A stretch of DNA of 32,000 nucleotides, from assembly GCA_902772955.1 (NCBI GenBank), contig CACYCV010000161.1, positions 9,561 to 41,560 of the forward strand, written 5' to 3'. The position numbers and the translations under genes are program-made. Positions within the stretch are counted from its first letter, which is position 1; the number at the start of each line of letters is the position of its first letter. This DNA comes from an uncultured Ruminococcus sp. (GTDB taxonomy: Bacteria > Bacillota > Clostridia > Oscillospirales > Acutalibacteraceae). Shown here piece after piece: positions 25,998 to 32,000 of the stretch. The notes under the pieces were generated by a model, which had not been told where the DNA came from, did no database searches, and saw only the letters and a list, made by a program, of their open reading frames with translations.

Positions 25998-26776
25998 CCA
26001 TTCTGGATCAGTTGGCTGCTCATGCAAAAGAACGATGTTCTGCCGCCAAAGCAAAGCTGTCTGAGGATGAAATCAGAAGCACGGCGCTTGCTTTGCCAAA
26101 GGGTGACTTTTCCTTTGAAAAAGCACTGCAGAAGCCTGACCTGTCATTTATCTGTGAGTGCAAAAAAGCCTCTCCCTCCAAGGGACTGATTGATGCAGAT
26201 TTCCACTATCTTCAGATTGCCAGAGAATATGAAGCGGCAGGAGCAGATTGCATTTCGGTACTGACAGAGCCGAAATGGTTTCTGGGGAAAAATGATTACC
26301 TGAAAGAAATTGCAGCAGAGGTTTTTGTTCCCTGCCTGCGGAAAGATTTTACGGTCGATGCCTATATGATCTATGAAGCAAAGCTGCTTGGGGCATCCGC
26401 TGTTCTGCTGATTGTTTCCATTCTGAGTGAAGAGCAGCTCCGGGAATACATAGAGCTTTGCGATGCACTTGGTTTGTCTGCGTTAGTGGAAACACATGAC
26501 GCGGAAGAAATCACGGCGGCACTTCGTGCGGGGGCAAGAATGATTGGCGTCAATAACAGGAACCTCAAAAACTTCTCTGTTAATCCGGAAAACAGCCGCC
26601 ATTTGAGAGAGTTGGTGCCGGAAAATGTTCTTTTTGTATCGGAAAGCGGTATCAGGACTCCGGAGGATATCCGGCTGCTGCGGGAAATCGGTGCTGACGC
26701 TGTTTTGATCGGAGAAACACTCATGAAGGCTGACGATAAAAAGAAGATGCTCCGTCAGCTGAGGGAGGTTGTATGA
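25994..26776 (+). CDS. trpC: Indole-3-glycerol-phosphate synthase
   Basis: 260 aa. Motifs [12 protein letters not shown] and GVNNRNL are present. The start forms an ATGA overlap with trpD. Confidence 0.9.
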   Translation: MTILDQLAAHAKERCSAAKAKLSEDEIRSTALALPKGDFSFEKALQKPDLSFICECKKASPSKGLIDADFHYLQIAREYEAAGADCISVLTEPKWFLGKNDYLKEIAAEVFVPCLRKDFTVDAYMIYEAKLLGASAVLLIVSILSEEQLREYIELCDALGLSALVETHDAEEITAALRAGARMIGVNNRNLKNFSVNPENSRHLRELVPENVLFVSESGIRTPEDIRLLREIGADAVLIGETLMKADDKKKMLRQLREVV

Positions 26777-27387
26777 AAAAGATTAAAATCTGCGGATTAA
26801 AACGGGCGGAGGACATTCTGATGGTCAATGAAGCAAAACCGGATTATATCGGCTTTGTCTTTGCTCCCAACCGGAAACGAACGATTACACCGGATACGGC
26901 CAGAGAGCTGAAACTGTTGCTTCACCCTTCCGTTAAGGCAGTTGGGGTATTTCTGAACCAGGATGTGAATGAGATATTACAGCTTGCCGGGGAAGGAACC
27001 ATTGATATGATTCAGCTTCATGGGGATGAAAACGAGGAAACGATCCGGTATCTCCGTCATCATACGGATGCTCCCATTATGAAGGCGGTGAATGTCCGGG
27101 ACCGTGATCAATTGGAAAGAATGGACAGCATGTCTGAAATAGAGTATCTTTTGCTGGACACCTATGATCCTCGGATGCCCGGCGGAACCGGCAAGACTTT
27201 TGACTGGAGTGTGATTCCAAAGCTGAATAAGCCGTTTTTTCTGGCAGGGGGACTGAATTCCTCCAATATCTTGGCTGCTTTGCAGACGGATGCCTTTGCA
27301 CTGGATATCAGCAGCGGTGTAGAAACCAACGGATGGAAAGATCCACTGAAAATAAAAGAAATTATAAAAATGATAAGAGAGGGATAA
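26773..27387 (+). CDS. trpF: Phosphoribosylanthranilate isomerase
   Basis: 204 aa. The KICG N-terminus is present, along with IQLHGDE and GGTGKTFDW. The start forms an ATGA overlap with trpC. Confidence 0.88.
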   Translation: MKKIKICGLKRAEDILMVNEAKPDYIGFVFAPNRKRTITPDTARELKLLLHPSVKAVGVFLNQDVNEILQLAGEGTIDMIQLHGDENEETIRYLRHHTDAPIMKAVNVRDRDQLERMDSMSEIEYLLLDTYDPRMPGGTGKTFDWSVIPKLNKPFFLAGGLNSSNILAALQTDAFALDISSGVETNGWKDPLKIKEIIKMIREG

Positions 27388-27391
27388 GAAT

Positions 27392-28576
27392 ATGTCAAAA
27401 GGAAGATTCGGCGCACACGGCGGACAGTATATTCCGGAAACGTTGATGAATGCTGTCATTGAACTGGATGACGCTTATCATCACTATAAAAACGATCCGG
27501 ATTTTCAGCGAGAGCTTTCCGATTTGTTCAATCAATATGCCGGAAGGCCCTCCCTGCTTTATTATGCGGAAAAAATGACCGGAGAGCTGGGAGGGGCAAA
27601 GATTTATCTCAAGCGGGAGGATCTCAACCATACCGGCGCCCACAAAATCAACAATGTACTGGGACAGGCCTTATTGGCTAAAAAAATGGGAAAAACCAGA
27701 CTGATAGCCGAAACAGGAGCCGGACAACACGGTGTGGCAACGGCTACAGCAGCTGCCCTGATGGGAATGGAATGTGTGGTTTTCATGGGCGAGGAGGATA
27801 CCAAGCGGCAGGCGTTGAATGTATATAAAATGAAGCTGCTGGGTGCCGAGGTAGTTCCTGTCAAAACGGGAACCGCAACCCTCAAGGATGCGGTCAGCGA
27901 AACCATGCGGGAGTGGACCAACCGGATTGCAGATACCCATTATTGTCTTGGTTCTGTCATGGGTCCTCATCCCTTCCCTACGATTGTCCGTGATTTCCAG
28001 GCTGTCATCTCCAAGGAGATCAAGGAGCAGATGCTGGAAAAAGAGGGACGTCTGCCGGATGTTGTGATGGCCTGTGTGGGCGGCGGATCCAATGCAATTG
28101 GCAGCTTTTATCACTTTATCGAGAACAAGGAGGTTCGTCTGATCGGCTGTGAAGCAGCCGGAAGAGGAATTGATACCTTTGAAACGGCCGCTACGATTAA
28201 TACCGGAAAACCCGGTATTTTCCATGGAATGAAGTCCTATTTCTGCCAGGACGACCATGGGCAGATTGCACCGGTGTATTCCATCTCGGCAGGCTTGGAT
28301 TATCCCGGTGTCGGTCCGGAACACGCTTATTTATACGATACGGGCAGAGCAGAATATGTGGCCATTACAGATGATGAAGCGGTGAATGCTTTTGAGTATC
28401 TTTCTAAAACGGAAGGAATCATTCCGGCGATTGAGTCGTCTCATGCCATTGCTTACGCTATGCAGCTTGCACCAACTATGAAAAAGGATCAGACGATTGT
28501 GATTACGGTTTCGGGCAGAGGTGACAAGGACTGTGCCGCTATTGCCCGCTACAGAGGAGAAGATATCTATGAGTAA
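27392..28576 (+). CDS. trpB: Tryptophan synthase beta chain
   Basis: 394 aa. The PLP-lysine context is [17 protein letters not shown] is also present. Confidence 0.93.
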   Translation: MSKGRFGAHGGQYIPETLMNAVIELDDAYHHYKNDPDFQRELSDLFNQYAGRPSLLYYAEKMTGELGGAKIYLKREDLNHTGAHKINNVLGQALLAKKMGKTRLIAETGAGQHGVATATAAALMGMECVVFMGEEDTKRQALNVYKMKLLGAEVVPVKTGTATLKDAVSETMREWTNRIADTHYCLGSVMGPHPFPTIVRDFQAVISKEIKEQMLEKEGRLPDVVMACVGGGSNAIGSFYHFIENKEVRLIGCEAAGRGIDTFETAATINTGKPGIFHGMKSYFCQDDHGQIAPVYSISAGLDYPGVGPEHAYLYDTGRAEYVAITDDEAVNAFEYLSKTEGIIPAIESSHAIAYAMQLAPTMKKDQTIVITVSGRGDKDCAAIARYRGEDIYE

Positions 28577-29363
28577 AATACAAAAAGCATTTGAAAACGG
28601 AAAAGCCTTTATCCCCTTCATCACCTGTGGGGATCCTGATCTGGCCACAACAGAAGCCGCTGTCCGTGAAGCCGTAAAAAACGGAGCCGATCTGATTGAA
28701 TTGGGAATTCCTTTTTCGGATCCCACCGCAGAAGGCCCCGTCATACAGGCGGCTAATCTTCGTGCTTTGAAGGGCGGCATTCATACGGAGTTGATTTTTG
28801 ATTTTGTCCGTCACCTTCGAAAGAACATTACGATTCCTCTGGTATTTATGACCTATGCCAATGTGGTATTTTCCTATGGCTCAGAAAGGTTTATGAAGAC
28901 CTGTGCAGAGGTCGGCATTGACGGGGTGATTCTGCCGGATATTCCTTATGAGGAGAAGGATGAGTTTCTTCCCTACTGTCATCAATATGGTGTGGATCTG
29001 ATCTCACTGATTGCTCCGACCTCAGAAAACCGGATCGGGATGATTGCCAAGGATGCGGAAGGATTTATTTATCTGGTTTCGAGTCTTGGCGTGACAGGTG
29101 TACGGAATGAAATCAACACAGACCTGGAATCCATGATGAAGACCATTCGCCAGTACACGAATCTGCCCTGTGCAATCGGGTTTGGCATATCGTCACCGGA
29201 ACAGGCCAAAAAGATGGCAGCCATCGCGGACGGTGTCATTGTAGGCTCCGCTATTGTACGGCTTTTGGAGCAATACGGCACAAAAGCGGCTCCTGTCGTT
29301 GGACAGTTTACAAAAGAAATAAAGGAAGCGGTTCTATCCACCGGCACCCAGAATCCTCCGTGA
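28569..29363 (+). CDS. trpA: Tryptophan synthase alpha chain
   Basis: The start was trimmed to ATG 28569 (ATGAGTAA overlap with the trpB stop). Motifs FITCGDP and [15 protein letters not shown] are present. Confidence 0.9.
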   Translation: MSKIQKAFENGKAFIPFITCGDPDLATTEAAVREAVKNGADLIELGIPFSDPTAEGPVIQAANLRALKGGIHTELIFDFVRHLRKNITIPLVFMTYANVVFSYGSERFMKTCAEVGIDGVILPDIPYEEKDEFLPYCHQYGVDLISLIAPTSENRIGMIAKDAEGFIYLVSSLGVTGVRNEINTDLESMMKTIRQYTNLPCAIGFGISSPEQAKKMAAIADGVIVGSAIVRLLEQYGTKAAPVVGQFTKEIKEAVLSTGTQNPP

Positions 29364-29443
29364 TCCTTCTGAAAGGGAACTGACAGTCTGATGTCGGAAA
29401 AATGAAAAGCAACAGATTCAGTAAAACAGTCGGCGAAGTGCGC

Positions 29444-29611
29444 GTGACCCCGCGGGACAATTCGCGGTAGCGCTCCACTCCGGCGGGTGACCCCGCGGGA
29501 CAATTCGCGGTAGCGCTCCACTCCGGCGGGTGACCCCGCGGGACAATTCGCGGCAGCGCTCCACTCCGGCGGGTGACCCCGCAGGACGATTCGCGGCAGC
29601 GCTCCACTCCG
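29444..29611. repeat. GC-rich 43-bp tandem direct repeat, about 3.9 copies
   Basis: The unit is gtgaccccgcgggacaattcgcggtagcgctccactccggcgg, starting at 29444, 29487, 29530 and 29573. Copies 1 and 2 are identical, copy 3 has one substitution, and copy 4 has several and decays at its 3' end. Each unit contains the small palindrome CCGCG-N8-CGCGG. Confidence 0.9.
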
Positions 29612-29654
29612 TTCCGCTCGATTTTGCCGTGTCTATACTTTTTGGCCGCGACTT

Positions 29655-29700
29655 CCACCCCACACGACGCTTACGCGCCGCTTTGGGGTGGTTCTTTTTT
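29655..29700 (+). terminator. Putative intrinsic terminator downstream of trpA and the tandem repeat
   Basis: CCACCCCA (29655-29662) pairs with TGGGGTGG (29684-29691) and is followed by TTCTTTTTT. The loop is long (21 nt), so confidence is moderate. Confidence 0.5.
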
Positions 29701-29970
29701 GATCGGAAGGACTGGGGTGGTTACATTCTGACCGGGCATTTTTCCCAGAATTATTTTACACTGAACTTCGGAGGAGGAAAATCCCTTTGCCGGCTGTTTT
29801 ATTATTAAAAGCGTTGCTTTCAACAAGCAACGACAAACCGCAGACTTGCCGGACAACTCTGACAAAGGCAGAAGCGCCGACCGAACTGACAGACGAGACC
29901 CGGGAAATACTCTTTGCGGTTAAATATATCCATTTTAGCTTTTTTAATTTTTTCCTTTTTTACTAAAATC

Positions 29971-30000
29971 TTTACAAAAATTCTATTGATTTCTTATAAT
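29971..30000 (+). promoter_or_regulatory. Putative sigma-A promoter for the open-ended ORF
   Basis: TTTACA (29971-29976), an 18-nt spacer, then TATAAT (29995-30000). A second TATAAT lies at 30008-30013. Confidence 0.4.
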
Positions 30001-30058
30001 ATTGTGATATAATTGTAGTGAGTATGAAAAATACCATTTGCTTGCAAAGGGGGATATT

Positions 30059-32000
30059 ATGGACTTTAAATCATACGTTCAGAGCGTTGTTCAGTCCTAT
30101 GTGGAGAAACAAAACCGCAACGTCATTTTTATTAAACATTATAATACCCTCGATATCAGCAAAGAAGAACTTCTTGCCCGCGTTCAGGATTCCGGCGATA
30201 AGGTCTTTCTTTATCATGAATATGCGATGCACAGTATGCATCCGACCTATGACCCTTTTTTGCAGTGGATCTCTCAGTGCTATGAGGACTATTACAAGGA
30301 TCGTATTTCCGTCGAGGACTTTCTGAGGGAATGCCATGTCTATTCCCTTCATGTTGAGCCTCTGGCCGATTATATTCGCAGCAGGACCTGTCACCGGAAA
30401 GAAGATGTTCTGTATTTTGAAATCCAGTATGAAAGCTACCGGATGCTGCAGAGTATTATTTCTATCCTGCAATATATTTCCAAGGAGCATCATCTGATTC
30501 TGATTCTATGCAAGTTCCATCTGGCGCCCTACAGTACCATTCAGCTTTTTCGTTCTTTTATCGAGCAGTCGGTGGGAATTCATGCAATTCTGATGTATAA
30601 TGATGAATTTCTGATGGCTGATTACAAAAAAGGTGTCTGGAGCGATTTGCTTCAATCGGCAGCAGACCAGAATCTTCAACTGGAATGGGGCAGCATGAAC
30701 AGCGAACGTACCATGGACGTTCAGGACGAATTCCTTTTTGATAAGTCCAGTGCAGAGGATTATCTGCTGCGGCTGAGAAATATGATCTATACCTTTTCCC
30801 TGCAGGATGCCAACTACTATGTCGGCAATATTATGAACCGGATTGAAGAAAAAACGATTCGTCTGAAACAGGATCAGTATCTGCGTTTTTTGGCGCTCAC
30901 GGCGATGATCGATATGAATCTCAGACAGGTCAATCACGCGCTTGTACTGTGCGATAAAATGATTTCTGTAAAAAGCTTGCCTGAAATGGAACCCATGCTA
31001 AGGTATTCGGTTTATTATGTTTGTGCAAGAGCAAAAATGATTGCTTCTCAGACCAAGGAAGTTGAGAAATATTGCCAGAAATGCGTGGAGATTGCTGAAG
31101 AACTGGAGGATAAGTATCTTGCCTGCCGGGCCGAAGTTATCCTATGGTCAACCTATTGCAGTTTTGGAAGAGAATTTTTTGAATATGATTTCAATTACCG
31201 GCCGGATCCTAAAGTTGTCGAAAAGGTGTCCGCCTTTGGTTTCCGGAATTTTCTTGCCTATTATTATGTCTTTTCCTATGAAAATGAAAGTGAAACCATT
31301 CGTGCGATTGCCGATGGAACAAAAAAGCCCTATTATTTTGATTTAGGGATCCGGATTGGCACCGAGTTAGGAAATGATAATTTCCTGCTGCATGCCTATA
31401 TGAAGAATATCGTCTTATATTCCCGTGCGGGATACCATCGTCTGGTTCGGGAAATGTATATCAAGCGTCTTGCAGTTCTGCGGAAGCCAAATCCGCTGAG
31501 AGAATCACACATGTTAGCGGGCCTTGGTTATAACAGTATCATTCTGGAGGATTTTGAAACTGCCCATAAGGATCTGAGACAGAGTGTTTTGAATCTGACT
31601 GAGCTGGAAGCGCCGGATGACGTCATGAATTCCCTGTACAATCTGGCAATGAATTATTTTGTGGCGGAAAATTATCAGTGTACCGTCACTACAATTGAAC
31701 TGATCATCAAAATGCTGAAGGAAATGGGATATCATTCCATTACGGCCTGCAGCACGATCAAGCTTTATGCCTTAATCGCAGCCGGCTGTTATTATCTGAA
31801 GGAATACTATAACAGCTATTACTATCTTAGCAAGATGGAGCTGATAGTGGAACACATGGTCTTGGTGTTAAAGACGACCAGTGAAGACTCCTGGGATGAA
31901 GACCTGCTGCTGTATCATCTTATAAAGGGAATGCTGTATAATTATGAAAATAATGATGTGCTTTGCCAGAAGGAATTTGACGTTCTCAAGGGTATTCTGA
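30059..32000 (+). CDS. Large protein (>647 aa, 3' end outside the window): STAND/AAA_16-like N-terminal region with degenerate NTPase motifs followed by TPR-like helical repeats; function unknown
   Basis: This ORF is not in the supplied track. I translated it codon by codon from ATG 30059 (AAGGGGGA RBS 5 nt upstream; in-frame TGA at 30005-30007) to base 31999 and found no stop. The two long minus-strand track ORFs (30071-30493 and 30506-30937) are its antisense shadows. The product begins MDFKSYVQSVVQSYVEKQNRNVIFIKHY... Confidence 0.8.
   Translation, partial: MDFKSYVQSVVQSYVEKQNRNVIFIKHYNTLDISKEELLARVQDSGDKVFLYHEYAMHSMHPTYDPFLQWISQCYEDYYKDRISVEDFLRECHVYSLHVEPLADYIRSRTCHRKEDVLYFEIQYESYRMLQSIISILQYISKEHHLILILCKFHLAPYSTIQLFRSFIEQSVGIHAILMYNDEFLMADYKKGVWSDLLQSAADQNLQLEWGSMNSERTMDVQDEFLFDKSSAEDYLLRLRNMIYTFSLQDANYYVGNIMNRIEEKTIRLKQDQYLRFLALTAMIDMNLRQVNHALVLCDKMISVKSLPEMEPMLRYSVYYVCARAKMIASQTKEVEKYCQKCVEIAEELEDKYLACRAEVILWSTYCSFGREFFEYDFNYRPDPKVVEKVSAFGFRNFLAYYYVFSYENESETIRAIADGTKKPYYFDLGIRIGTELGNDNFLLHAYMKNIVLYSRAGYHRLVREMYIKRLAVLRKPNPLRESHMLAGLGYNSIILEDFETAHKDLRQSVLNLTELEAPDDVMNSLYNLAMNYFVAENYQCTVTTIELIIKMLKEMGYHSITACSTIKLYALIAAGCYYLKEYYNSYYYLSKMELIVEHMVLVLKTTSEDSWDEDLLLYHLIKGMLYNYENNDVLCQKEFDVLKGIL

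Noticed and set aside
27671-28324. 217-aa minus-strand ORF
   Set aside because: It lies entirely antisense to trpB, which carries unambiguous motifs.
29444-29611. Possible CRISPR array, given the regular GC-rich repeats with an internal palindrome
   Set aside because: The 43-bp units abut directly with no spacers, and no cas genes are nearby. It is a simple tandem repeat.
29069-29663. Minus-strand track ORFs (29069-29521, 29308-29658, 29418-29663) with reiterated peptide RGVTRRSGALPRIVPRGH
   Set aside because: The reiteration is a translation artefact of the 43-bp tandem repeat. The unit is not a multiple of 3, so the frames cycle. The ORFs overlap trpA antisense and have no RBS.
30071-30937. 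Two long minus-strand ORFs (140 aa and 143 aa)
   Set aside because: They are antisense shadows of the unlisted plus-strand ORF that is open from 30059 to the window end. Their products are low-complexity and no RBS is present.

Overview
The window looks like a Firmicutes/Clostridia-type chromosome segment, judged by eye as moderate GC, with AGGAGG-type ribosome-binding sites and T-box and preQ1 leaders. About two thirds is recognisable housekeeping. This includes the htpG 3' end, a complete preQ1 operon (queD-queE-folE-queC-queF, minus strand) behind a preQ1-I riboswitch, glgB, and a complete trpEGDCFBA operon behind a Trp T-box. The stand-out region is an 11-gene, ~10.9 kb minus-strand operon (11557-22394) whose genes are tightly packed or overlapping. 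It runs from one near-consensus promoter to one intrinsic terminator. It encodes two sets of adenylate-forming enzyme, carrier protein and PlsC-type acyltransferase. It also encodes an LRAT/PLAAT-like Cys-His enzyme fused to a degenerate phosphopantetheinyl-transferase-like region, a FakB(DegV)/FakA fatty-acid kinase pair, two membrane-anchored alpha/beta hydrolases (a third paralog lies just downstream of the terminator) and a zinc-ribbon membrane protein. I read this as a self-contained fatty-acid capture and lipid (re)acylation system with private carrier proteins. It does not match any described pathway I know, and its product is unknown. Other points worth a second look follow. A >647-codon ORF (30059 to the window end) is missing from the supplied ORF track because it has no stop codon in the window. 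It looks like a STAND/AAA_16-like pseudo-ATPase followed by helical repeats. A 43-bp GC-rich tandem repeat lies in the trp 3' region. A ~370-bp structured non-coding island sits between glgB and the que operon. A secreted trypsin-like protease is tethered through a TM helix to a cytoplasmic FHA domain. A nested inverted repeat surrounds the htpG terminator. I saw no tRNA or rRNA genes, CRISPR arrays, transposases or integrases. All family calls rest on motif recognition by eye and no database search was run.
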